Shown one piece after another: positions 44,035 through 51,830 of a stretch of 52,698 nt of DNA. The notes under the pieces were generated by a model. The model made no database searches. It saw nothing but the letters and a program-made list of their open reading frames with translations, and had not been told where the DNA came from. The position numbers were made by a program, and so were the translations under genes. Origin of the DNA: Dehalococcoidia bacterium (GTDB taxonomy: Bacteria; Chloroflexota; Dehalococcoidia; SHYM01); the NCBI GenBank assembly GCA_009692805.1, contig SHYM01000002.1:1-52698 (forward strand), given 5' to 3'. The first letter of the stretch is position 1. Every line of letters begins with the position of its first letter.

Positions 44035-44286
44035 ATGGAACGCGCCTGCATAGACCGCATAGACGAGGGCCTGGCCACGCTTATGGTCGGCGCGGAGGGG
44101 CGGGAGCTGGTGGTGCCGCTGGCGGCGCTGCCAGCGGGCATCGCGGCGGGCGACTGGCTGCAGGTCGAGCTGGAGGGTGGACGCCTAGTGCGGGCCACGG
44201 TGGACAGGACTGAGACCGCCCGCCGGCGCCGCCGCATCAGGGGCAAGCTGGACCGGCTGCTGGCCCGAGGCCCGAAGCCTCCCTGA
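44035..44286 (+). CDS. DUF3006 family protein
   Basis: Reads CIDRIDEGLATLMVG..ELVVPLAALPAGIAAGDWL, followed by a basic tail. This family is a typical neighbour of ComEC-like MBL hydrolases. Confidence 0.7.
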   Translation: MERACIDRIDEGLATLMVGAEGRELVVPLAALPAGIAAGDWLQVELEGGRLVRATVDRTETARRRRRIRGKLDRLLARGPKPP

Positions 44287-44352
44287 TCCTCAGGGGGCCG
44301 GGCTCTGGTATCAGGCGTAAGGCAGGTAATTGCTGTCACTGAGGGGTGCAGT

Positions 44353-45321
44353 ATGAAGGTCATGCGAGTGTCCGACTACGGCGGGCCCGAGGCGATGAAA
44401 ATGGAGGAGCTGCCAGACCCCAAGCCAGGCCCCGGGCAGGCACTGGTGAAGATTGCCGCCTGCGGCGTCAACTTTGTGGATATCTACCAGCGGTCGGGGG
44501 CCTACAAGCTGCCGCTGCCGCTTTCGATGGGGCAGGAGGGGGCCGGTGTGGTCGAGGCCGTGGGCGCCGGTGTCTCGGAGGTACGGGCCGGCGACCGCGT
44601 GGCCTGGACCGGAATCCAGGGCTCCTACGCCACCCACGTCGTGGCTCCCGCGGCGAGGCTGGTGGGGCTCCCGTCGCGCTTGACGTTCAACGACGGCGCC
44701 GCCGCCATGCTCCAAGGGATGACGGCCCACTACCTGGTGAACACCACCTACACGCTCAAGCGGGGCGACACCTGCCTGATCCACGCGGCCGCCGGAGGCG
44801 TGGGGCTCCTCCTGTGCCAGATGGCGAAGCGGGCCGGGGCACGGGTCATCGGTACCGCCTCCACGGAGCAGAAGGCGAAGCTCGCGCGGGAGGCGGGGGC
44901 GGACGAGGTCATCCTCTACAGCCAGAGCGACTTCGAGCCCGAGGTGAAGCGCCTCACTGAGGGCCGGGGCCTGCAGGTGGTCTACGACTCCGTGGGCAAG
45001 GACACCTTCGAGCGCAGCCTGAACTGCCTGGTCCCGCGGGGCTACCTGGTCCTCTTCGGCCAGTCCAGTGGCCCGGTCTCGGCCTTTGACCCTCAGGTAC
45101 TCAACGCCAAGGGCTCTCTGTTCCTGACCCGCCCGAGCCTGGGCCACTACACCGCGACCCGCGAGGAGCTGCTGCGGCGCTCCGGGGAGGTGCTGGGGTG
45201 GGCCGCCTCGGGGCAGCTCAAGCTGAGGATCGAAAAGGTGCTTCCCCTGGGGGACGCCGCCGAGGCCCACCGCCTCCTGGCCGGGCGCCTGACCACCGGC
45301 AAGCTTCTGCTCCTCCCCTGA
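44353..45321 (+). CDS. qor: NADPH:quinone oxidoreductase (zinc-independent MDR family)
   Basis: Reads GGPEAMKMEELPDPKPGPGQALVKIAACGVNFVDIYQRSGAYK, followed by AAAGGVG and GKLLL. Confidence 0.85.
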   Translation: MKVMRVSDYGGPEAMKMEELPDPKPGPGQALVKIAACGVNFVDIYQRSGAYKLPLPLSMGQEGAGVVEAVGAGVSEVRAGDRVAWTGIQGSYATHVVAPAARLVGLPSRLTFNDGAAAMLQGMTAHYLVNTTYTLKRGDTCLIHAAAGGVGLLLCQMAKRAGARVIGTASTEQKAKLAREAGADEVILYSQSDFEPEVKRLTEGRGLQVVYDSVGKDTFERSLNCLVPRGYLVLFGQSSGPVSAFDPQVLNAKGSLFLTRPSLGHYTATREELLRRSGEVLGWAASGQLKLRIEKVLPLGDAAEAHRLLAGRLTTGKLLLLP

Positions 45322-45330
45322 GGACGCCAT

Positions 45331-45482
45331 CGACCATCCCCCTGCCCCCTTCCTAGCCAGGAAGGGGGTAATATAAAAGGGAGAGAAAAGGGGGACACCC
45401 CCTTTGGCCCCCCCGGCAGATCCCGAGCATCGGGACTCTGCACTCCCCCAATTGCCGGTGGGATACCCTCTTTGTGCAAAGG
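45331..45482 (+). repeat. MITE-like repeat copy R9 (hairpin CCCCCTTCCTAGCCAGGAAGGGGG, GGGAGAGAAAAGGGGGACACCCCCTTTGG, terminus CTTTGTGCAAAGG)
   Basis: Collinear with 1560-1662 and 26130-26230. The left terminus is missing. Confidence 0.8.
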
Positions 45483-45577
45483 CGGCTAGGGGTACGATAG
45501 TCTCACCATGAACTGCAAACCCTCTCCCTTGAAGGACGAGGGTCGGCCAAGTAAAGGGCCCAAGTAGAGGGAAGAAC

Positions 45578-46573
45578 ATGCGCTATCGCGAGCTAGGGTC
45601 AACAGGCCTCCTCCTCTCCGAGGTCGGCTTCGGCTGTTGGACCCTCAGCACGGGCTGGTGGGGCAAGGTCTCCGACGACGAGGCGGTCCGCCTCTTGCGG
45701 CGCGCCTACGACCTGGGCGTCACCTTCTACGACTCCTCGGACACCTACGGCAACGGCCGCTCCGAGCGCCAGCTGGCCACGGCCTTCGGACGTATGCGAG
45801 ACAAGGTGGTTATCGCCACTAAGTTCGGCTACGACTGGTATCGCTACGCAGGAGAGCGTCGAGGGCAGCAGGAGATCCCCCAGGACTGGTCGGCGCGCCA
45901 GATCCGCTTCGCCTGCGAGGAGAGCCTAAAGCGCCTCGACAGCGACTACATCGACATCTATCAGATGCACAACCCCAAGATGGATGCCATCGCCGCCGCC
46001 GCTGCCTTCGAAGAGCTGGAGCGCCTGAAGGCCGAGGGCAAGCTGCGCTGCTACGGCATCGCCCTGGGGCCCGCCATCGGCTGGCGGGAGGAGGGGCTGC
46101 GGGCGCTCAAGGAGCGCACCCCAGGGATGCTGCAGATCATTCATAACCTGCTGGAGCAGGACCCCGGGCGCGACCTCATCACCGCCGCCAGGGAGCGTGG
46201 CGTAGGGGCGGTGGTGCGGGTGCCCCACTCCAGCGGGATGCTGGAGGGGCGCTATACCCTCGACACCACCTTCGACCCCAGCGACCACCGCAGCCATCGC
46301 CCGCGGGCCTGGCTGGAAGAGGGGCTCCAGAAGATCGAGAGCCTGCGCTTCCTGACCGAAGGCCGGGGCCGTACTCTGGCCCAGGCGGCTCTGCGCTGGC
46401 TCTTCGCCGAGCCGGCCATCGCCTCCGCCCTGCCCAACATCTACAACGAGGAGCAGTTGGTGGAGTTCGCGGGCGCCTCCGGCTGTCCCGACCTGACGGC
46501 GGAGGAGTTGGCTCGCATCGCCGACCTCTACGACCACAACTTCCATGTTCAGAACCAGCCCACCAAGGCATGA
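45578..46573 (+). CDS. Aldo/keto reductase
   Basis: Reads MRYRELGSTGLLLSEVGFGCW..FYDSSDTYGNGRSE..IDIYQMH. Confidence 0.9.
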   Translation: MRYRELGSTGLLLSEVGFGCWTLSTGWWGKVSDDEAVRLLRRAYDLGVTFYDSSDTYGNGRSERQLATAFGRMRDKVVIATKFGYDWYRYAGERRGQQEIPQDWSARQIRFACEESLKRLDSDYIDIYQMHNPKMDAIAAAAAFEELERLKAEGKLRCYGIALGPAIGWREEGLRALKERTPGMLQIIHNLLEQDPGRDLITAARERGVGAVVRVPHSSGMLEGRYTLDTTFDPSDHRSHRPRAWLEEGLQKIESLRFLTEGRGRTLAQAALRWLFAEPAIASALPNIYNEEQLVEFAGASGCPDLTAEELARIADLYDHNFHVQNQPTKA

Positions 46574-46577
46574 GCGG

Positions 46578-46597
46578 AGACCCCCTTTAGGGGGTCT
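46578..46597 (+). terminator. Hairpin AGACCCCC-TTTA-GGGGGTCT, 4 nt after the aldo/keto reductase stop
   Basis: Perfect 8-bp GC-rich stem with a 4-nt loop. No U-tract follows. Confidence 0.45.
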
Positions 46598-46671
46598 GCA
46601 AGGGGCACCGTTTGTCCTTCGACTGGCTCAGGAGAACGGACGACATACCATCTGACCACAGGAGAAGGTAG

Positions 46672-47253
46672 GTGATGGTTAACGTAGCAGTCCCGGTTGC
46701 CGTCGCCCTTATTCTCGTGGGCGTGGCTTGCAACGTACCTGCCCAGCCCCCGACTGCTGCGCCAGCGCCAGTCGCCGTCGTCCCAACTGCCACGTCCGTG
46801 CCGGCGCCCATCGCCGCCCCACCAACCCCCAGCCCCACCGCTTCCGTTCGCCCTGAGCTTGTCGAAGGGCGTGCCCCTGTCGCCGTGGCCCTCCGGGGCA
46901 GAGTGTATCGTTTAGAGGTGGTGCGCGCCGGCGAGCCCGGCTATTTCAAGGGCTTGGGCGAGAGGGACGCCCTTCCCCTTGACCGGGGGATGCTCTTCCT
47001 GGAGAGCCAGGACGTGGCCATGACCTTCTGGATGAAGGGTATGCGCTTTCCCCTGGACCTCATCTGGATAGACCGGGCGGGCCGGATCGTCCATGTGGAG
47101 CGCAACGTACCCCACCAGCCGGGCGTGCCCCACAGCCAACTTCCCATCTATCGTCCACCCAGGCCCTCCCGTGCCGTGCTGGAGCTGAACGCGGGCCAAG
47201 CGGACGCCCATGGTTTCCAGGTTGGAGACCAAGCGCTCTTCAGCTACGACTAG
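46672..47253 (+). CDS. DUF192 domain protein with an N-terminal membrane anchor and a Pro/Ala-rich linker
   Basis: Reads GLGERDALPLDRGMLFLESQDVAMTFWMKGMRFPLDLIWIDRAGRIV..AVLELNAG. The linker contains the repeat-derived SVRPELVEGRAP. Confidence 0.8.
   Translation: MMVNVAVPVAVALILVGVACNVPAQPPTAAPAPVAVVPTATSVPAPIAAPPTPSPTASVRPELVEGRAPVAVALRGRVYRLEVVRAGEPGYFKGLGERDALPLDRGMLFLESQDVAMTFWMKGMRFPLDLIWIDRAGRIVHVERNVPHQPGVPHSQLPIYRPPRPSRAVLELNAGQADAHGFQVGDQALFSYD
46845..46871. repeat. Second-family repeat unit (CGTTCGCCCTGAGCTTGTCGAAGGGCG) embedded in-frame in the DUF192 gene linker
   Basis: The same core occurs in the intergenic copy at 42352-42375. Confidence 0.65.
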
Positions 47254-47289
47254 AGCACCCGCCTTCGGCCAGGCGCTGGTAACTGCCCA

Positions 47290-47395
47290 ACAAGCGTAGA
47301 AAACGAGTCTACATACCCCTTCTCCCCTGGAGGTAGAAGGCTGGGATGAGGGGGAAGGCGTCCACCCTCACCCTGGCCTCTACCTTCAAGAGAGA
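47290..47395. repeat. Degenerate repeat block (GAAAACGAGTCT fragment plus imperfect inverted repeat GGTAGAAGGC..GCCTCTACC around GGGATGAGGGGG/CCCTCACCC)
   Basis: Shares short modules with R1, R8 and R7. Lies between convergent genes. Confidence 0.4.
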
Positions 47396-47411
47396 GGGCT
47401 TTGAAAGGCCG

Positions 47412-48185
47412 CTAGGCGGGCCTGGCCTTACGGACCGTTTGCAGCGCCGCCGTGGCCCCCGCGGTCATCGCGCCCACGTCGTTGACTATGGGGCAAAACA
47501 GGAACCCCTGGGAGAAGCGTTGGAGCGCCTCCTCGGGGTTTTGGCAGTGCACCCCCGCCACCAGTCCGTGCGCCTTGGCCACCTCCACGACTCTCTGGCA
47601 GGCCAGCTCGTGTCGCTTGTCCTGCCGGTACGTTCCTGGCGCCACGCCCATCGATAGGGCGAGGTCCGCGGGGCCGATGTAGAAGCCGTCAATACCAGGG
47701 GCCTGAGTGAGCTCTTCCAGGCGCTCGATGGTCCTGATGTCCTCCACCATCACGAGGCAGATGATCTCCTGGTTAGCCTGCTGGGCGTAATCTGCGTTCC
47801 CGCCCAAGCGCGCCCGGTTGGGCCCGATGCTGCGATAGCCCAGGGGCGGGTAGCGGCAGGCCCCGCCCGCCTTGGCCGCCTCTTCCCTGGTGTTGACCAG
47901 GGGGACGATGACCCCGTAGGCGCCGGCGTCCAGGACCCACTGCATGAAGACCGGCTCGTTCCAGGGCACGCGCACCAGGGGCACGGTCTCGGTGGTGGCC
48001 ACGGCCTGGAGCCAGGTCGCCGCCCGGTCGGGGCCGATAGCCATGCCATGCTGCATGTCCAGGACCATGGCGTCGAAGCCGACGTTGGCCATGCTCTCGG
48101 CCACATAGGTATCGGCCGTGGAGAGCCAGGCGGTGGCGACAGGCTTTCCCTGCTTCCAAAGGGCCTTGATCTTGTTGGGGCGCAT
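47412..48185 (-). CDS. HpcH/HpaI aldolase family protein
   Basis: Reads MRPNKIKALWKQGKPVATAWLSTADTYVAESMANVGFDAMVLDMQHG. Contains VRVP and VMVE..IDGFYIGP.DL. I chose the ATG at 48185, preceded by GGGAGAAAAG. Confidence 0.85.
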   Translation of the reverse strand: MRPNKIKALWKQGKPVATAWLSTADTYVAESMANVGFDAMVLDMQHGMAIGPDRAATWLQAVATTETVPLVRVPWNEPVFMQWVLDAGAYGVIVPLVNTREEAAKAGGACRYPPLGYRSIGPNRARLGGNADYAQQANQEIICLVMVEDIRTIERLEELTQAPGIDGFYIGPADLALSMGVAPGTYRQDKRHELACQRVVEVAKAHGLVAGVHCQNPEEALQRFSQGFLFCPIVNDVGAMTAGATAALQTVRKARPA

Positions 48186-48361
48186 TCTTTTCTCCCTCAC
48201 GCCTGCTCTCTCCCACGAGAGCGGAACTGGCGCTGATGTTATCATATCGACCGCGTCCTTTTCCTTGCAGGACAAGGGCTCCGTTTGGGAGGAGCCGGTA
48301 GGACGCCGTGCTAGAATCTGGCGGATGGTATTCTCTTTGACTCCGGGCTAGGGAGGCGCCG

Positions 48362-49093
48362 ATGCAGACCCTCGTACCGTTGCTCTCTGGCATCGTGGCC
48401 CTGCTATTCGCCATCTTCATTCTCGACCAGTATCTGGGCCGGCGGCGCGCCCACCAGCTCGTCTGGGCCGTGGGCTTGCTGTTCTGGGCGCTGGCCTCGT
48501 TCTGCCAGTTTTGGGTCGCAGTTGTGGGGCTCAGCGAGGGGGTCTTTCGGCTCTGGTACTGGGCGGGCGCCTTCAGCGGCGCCGCTTACCTGGGCATGGG
48601 GACGGTATATCTGCTGGCGCCGCGGCCCCTAGCCCACAGCGTCATGGCGGTGCTGGTCCTCGGTACCGTCCTGGCTGCCATCAGGGTCTTTACAGCGCCT
48701 GTAGACCTGAGCATGCTGGACGTGACGCGCCCCCTCACCGGGGTGGACGTGCTACCCAAGAGCGCCACCCTCTGGACCATCCCCTTCAACGTCTATGGCG
48801 CCGCGGCCCTAGTGGTAGGGGCTATTTACAGCGCCGTGGCCTTCGCGGTCAGGAGGAGCCCCCGCCACCGGGTCGTCTCCATGGTCCTGGTCGCTCTCGG
48901 CGCCCTGCTGCCCACCCTCTCCGGCGGTCTGGCGCGCTCCGGGAACCCCGACTTGCAGTATGTGATGCAGCTCCTGGGCATCGTGGTCATCTTCCTGGGG
49001 TTCCTGGTCAACAGGGAGGTGTTCTGGGCCTTCCGGGTGCCCCTTGTCCACGGCTTTCGCCGGACCGAAGAGCGGCCCCAGCCCAGCCCCTAG
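48362..49093 (+). CDS. Hypothetical polytopic membrane protein (about 7 TM segments)
   Basis: Regular hydrophobic segments. I recognise no family. Confidence 0.6.
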   Translation: MQTLVPLLSGIVALLFAIFILDQYLGRRRAHQLVWAVGLLFWALASFCQFWVAVVGLSEGVFRLWYWAGAFSGAAYLGMGTVYLLAPRPLAHSVMAVLVLGTVLAAIRVFTAPVDLSMLDVTRPLTGVDVLPKSATLWTIPFNVYGAAALVVGAIYSAVAFAVRRSPRHRVVSMVLVALGALLPTLSGGLARSGNPDLQYVMQLLGIVVIFLGFLVNREVFWAFRVPLVHGFRRTEERPQPSP

Positions 49094-49123
49094 AGTCCTG
49101 TTTTGCTGGTCCTTTGAAAGTCC

Positions 49124-49137
49124 GGGCCCTTGGGCCC
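49124..49137 (+). terminator. Short GC hairpin GGGCCCttGGGCCC after the membrane protein gene
   Basis: Palindrome located 31 nt after the stop codon. Confidence 0.3.
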
Positions 49138-49210
49138 AGGGCTTACAACCTGCTTCTGACACATGTACCCCACCCCCGATCCTAGCGCGGACTAGGGCCA
49201 GCAGCCGCAA

Positions 49211-49219
49211 TGGTATACT
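49211..49219 (+). promoter_or_regulatory. Extended -10 promoter TGGTATACT for the LLM oxidoreductase gene
   Basis: TGgTATACT lies 36 nt upstream of the ATG at 49255, with GAGGAGGAG in between. Confidence 0.45.
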
Positions 49220-49254
49220 GGCGCCGTTTGGCAGACCAGCGAGGAGGAGTGCAC

Positions 49255-50268
49255 ATGCCGCGCCGCCTGGGGGTTTCAATGGGGTTCACCGCCTCGGGCA
49301 AGGAGCGCGAGGCGCTGCTGGAGAAGGTCCGTATCGCCGACCAGCTGGGCGTGGAGTCCATCTGGGCGGCCGAGGCCTGGGGACGCGAAGCCGTGGTGGG
49401 GCTCACCCAACTGGTGCTGAACACCAAGCGGGCCAAGATAGGCACGGCGATCCTGAACGTCTTCAGCCGCTCGCCAGGGCTGATGGCCCAGACCTTTGCC
49501 ACCCTGGACGAGTTGTCGGGCGGCCGCATGCTCATCGGCCTGGGCACCAGCGGGGCCAATGTCATTGAGCACTTCCACGGGATCAAGTTCGACAAGCCCG
49601 TCTCTCGGATGCGGGAATACGCTGAGATCATCAACATGTTGATGCGCAAGGAGAAGCTGGTCTATCACGGGAAGGTGTTTAACCTGGAGCGGGGCTTCAC
49701 GCTGCAGAACTTCGAGCCCGTGCGCGACCACATCCCTATCTTCTTCGCTACCCTGGCCGACGATAGCATCCGCCTGACCGGCGAGGTGGCCGACGGCTGG
49801 ATCCCCCTGTATTGGCCCGCCAGCAAGATGAAGGACGGCATCGCCCTGATCGCGGAGGGGGCCAAAAAGGCCGGCCGCGATCCCCGGACCGTCACCATCG
49901 CGCCCTCCACCCAGATCCACGTGGTCAAGCCCGGCGACGACCCTCAAAAGGCGCGCCAGGACGCCCGCCAGCCCATCGCCTTCTACCTCGGCCGCATGGG
50001 CGTGTTTTACAAGCGGATGTTCATTCGCAACGGCTACGGGGCCGAGAGCGAGGTCTGCCAGGCCGCCTGGGACCGCCGCGACCAGCCGGGCACCCTGGCC
50101 GCCATCAGCGACAAGATGCTGGACGATATCGCCATCATAGGCGACGTCAAACACTGCGCGGCCAAGCTGGACGAGCGGGCGAAGATGGGCGTGGAGCTAC
50201 CCCTCATCGGCATGCCCCAGGGGACGCCGAAACAGGCGGGCGACATCCTGGAGGGCCTGCTGAAGTAG
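49255..50268 (+). CDS. LLM-class (luciferase-like) flavin/F420-dependent oxidoreductase
   Basis: Reads RIADQLGVESIWAAEAWGREAVVGLTQLV..IGTAILNVFSRSPGLMAQTFATLDELSGGRMLIGLGTSG. Confidence 0.85.
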   Translation: MPRRLGVSMGFTASGKEREALLEKVRIADQLGVESIWAAEAWGREAVVGLTQLVLNTKRAKIGTAILNVFSRSPGLMAQTFATLDELSGGRMLIGLGTSGANVIEHFHGIKFDKPVSRMREYAEIINMLMRKEKLVYHGKVFNLERGFTLQNFEPVRDHIPIFFATLADDSIRLTGEVADGWIPLYWPASKMKDGIALIAEGAKKAGRDPRTVTIAPSTQIHVVKPGDDPQKARQDARQPIAFYLGRMGVFYKRMFIRNGYGAESEVCQAAWDRRDQPGTLAAISDKMLDDIAIIGDVKHCAAKLDERAKMGVELPLIGMPQGTPKQAGDILEGLLK

Positions 50269-50418
50269 ATTGCCGCTGGTGACGCAGAGTTAGTGAAGGG
50301 TCGAGGCGCCCCACCTTTTCCGGGCCAATCCCGTCCGCCCCTTTCTGGGAAGGGCCCATTCCGCAGTAAAGGTCACCCCGCCTCTTCCCCTCCTTCGAGG
50401 GCCGAGTTGGGAAGGCTC

Positions 50419-51063
50419 ATGGTCCGCTACGGCGTCCCCCTGCCGCCAGCGACCCTGGACCTGCTGTGGGCTTATCATCAACTCCTACGGGAAAATAACC
50501 GGGACCACGACCTCACCAGACTCATCGGGTTCGAAACCATCGTGCAAAGGCACTACGCCGATTGCATGATCCTCCATGGGATGATGGGCGGGGAATGGCC
50601 CAGCCCACTGGTGGATGTAGGCAGCGGAGCCGGTTTTCCCGGCATCATGATCAAGCTTATGTCCCCGGGCACGCAAATCGTGTTGGCGGAGCCTCGAGCG
50701 CGGCGGGCGGAGTTCCTGGAGATGGCCATCCGGGAGTTGGGCTTGGGCGATATTTCAGTGTTCACACATAAGGTCACATCCCGCAGCCTTACCCAACCCC
50801 TTGCGGCAGCCATTACCCGCGCCTTTGAAACTGTGGAGAAGACTCTGCCCCGTCTGGGCAAATGCCTGGCCCTGGGCGGCCAGGCTATCTTCATGAAAGG
50901 GCCGAAAGTGGCGGGGGAGATTGCCTCCCTGCGGACCGACGAATACCGCATCGTCCGGAACGAGGCTTACCGCATCCCCAATACTACCCAGGACCGGATT
51001 CTTCTAGTCCTGGAAAGGATCAAGGTTTCGGGCCCGGCCGCGTTGGCCAAGGTGTCAGGATAG
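50419..51063 (+). CDS. rsmG: 16S rRNA (guanine527-N7)-methyltransferase
   Basis: Contains NLTRL-type DLTRLIGFETIVQRHYADC and VDVGSGAGFPGIMIKL. I chose the ATG at 50419, preceded by GGGAAGG. Confidence 0.85.
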   Translation: MVRYGVPLPPATLDLLWAYHQLLRENNRDHDLTRLIGFETIVQRHYADCMILHGMMGGEWPSPLVDVGSGAGFPGIMIKLMSPGTQIVLAEPRARRAEFLEMAIRELGLGDISVFTHKVTSRSLTQPLAAAITRAFETVEKTLPRLGKCLALGGQAIFMKGPKVAGEIASLRTDEYRIVRNEAYRIPNTTQDRILLVLERIKVSGPAALAKVSG

Positions 51064-51089
51064 CACCTTGAGGCCCAACTAGAAGTAGC

Positions 51090-51353
51090 TTAGAGCTGAT
51101 ACTGCCGGCGGCCAGCCTCCAGGGCAGCCTGGACGGCCCTGACCAGCGCCCGCGCCGACTCGGCGCTCAGCTCCACCGCGATGCGCGCCCCTGGCCCCAG
51201 CGCCTCGTTCACGAAGTCGATGTTCAGGCTATATTCTAGAGGGGCTTGGGTAGGGTGGTCGTAGCTAACGTTGGCCCCGGTGACGGGGAACCAGCCCTGG
51301 GCGCCCCTGCCGCTGCCCGACACCACTGCCTTCTCGATTATATTCGTGCACAT
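51090..51353 (-). CDS. Small hypothetical protein (87 aa), possibly DUF6295-like
   Basis: Reads MCTNIIEKAVVSGSGRGAQGWFPVTGANVSYDHP..LNIDFVNEALGPGARIAVELSAESARALV. The family assignment is from memory only. Confidence 0.5.
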   Translation of the reverse strand: MCTNIIEKAVVSGSGRGAQGWFPVTGANVSYDHPTQAPLEYSLNIDFVNEALGPGARIAVELSAESARALVRAVQAALEAGRRQYQL

Positions 51354-51364
51354 CGCTCACACTC

Positions 51365-51565
51365 CTATACGCGTGCCGTGGCGGGTGTAAAAAGGTGTTG
51401 CTCGAAGAAAGTGAAGACCTTCTTCCATCCGTCCACTGCCTGCTCTTGACGGTACATGGCGCGGTCGTAGTAAAAAAAGCCGTGGCCGGCCTTGGGGTAC
51501 ATGTGGAACTCGTAGACCTTGCCGTGCTTTTTGAGCTCCTGCTCGTGGATGGCCACCTTCCTAGG
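51365..51565 (-). pseudogene. C-terminal fragment (about 65 codons) of a dienelactone hydrolase family gene
   Basis: Reads ..IHEQELKKHGKVYEFHMYPKAGHGFFYYDRAMYRQEQAVDGWKKVFTFFEQHL. The upstream part of the ORF is antisense to the neighbouring fragment and is not DLH-like. Confidence 0.6.
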
Positions 51566-51569
51566 GACA

Positions 51570-51755
51570 CGCACAGATGTCATTGTCTGTGGGCACAGCC
51601 ATATCCAACTGGTACGCACGATCAACAGCACCCTCTTGGTCAACCCTGGTAGCCCCACGCTTCCCTGGGGCCGCTTTGAGCTGGGGACGGTAGGCCTCTT
51701 GGAGACGGCTAACGGAGAGGCCACTGCCCGGATCGTTGACCTTAAGTCCCTGTAA
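51570..51755 (+). pseudogene. C-terminal fragment (about 60 codons) of a YfcE/MJ0936-type metallophosphoesterase gene
   Basis: Reads DVIVCGHSHIQLVRTINSTLLVNPGSPTLP...GLLE....ARIVDL. The N-terminal metal-binding motifs are absent. Confidence 0.6.
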
Positions 51756-51830
51756 TGGCCTGTCCGCGCCAGCACACATGCATTGCTACTGCCTCACCTT
51801 TGCGGGCGAGGAGTCTCTACAGACCCGCCG

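Noticed and set aside
49116-49137. GAAAGTCCGGGC, which resembles the universally conserved P4 strand of RNase P RNA.
   Set aside because: The intergenic space is only about 160 nt, whereas RNase P RNA needs about 350-400 nt. The complementary P4 3' strand (ACAGAACCCGGCTTA-like) is absent. The segment is better explained as the GGGCCCttGGGCCC hairpin after the membrane protein gene.
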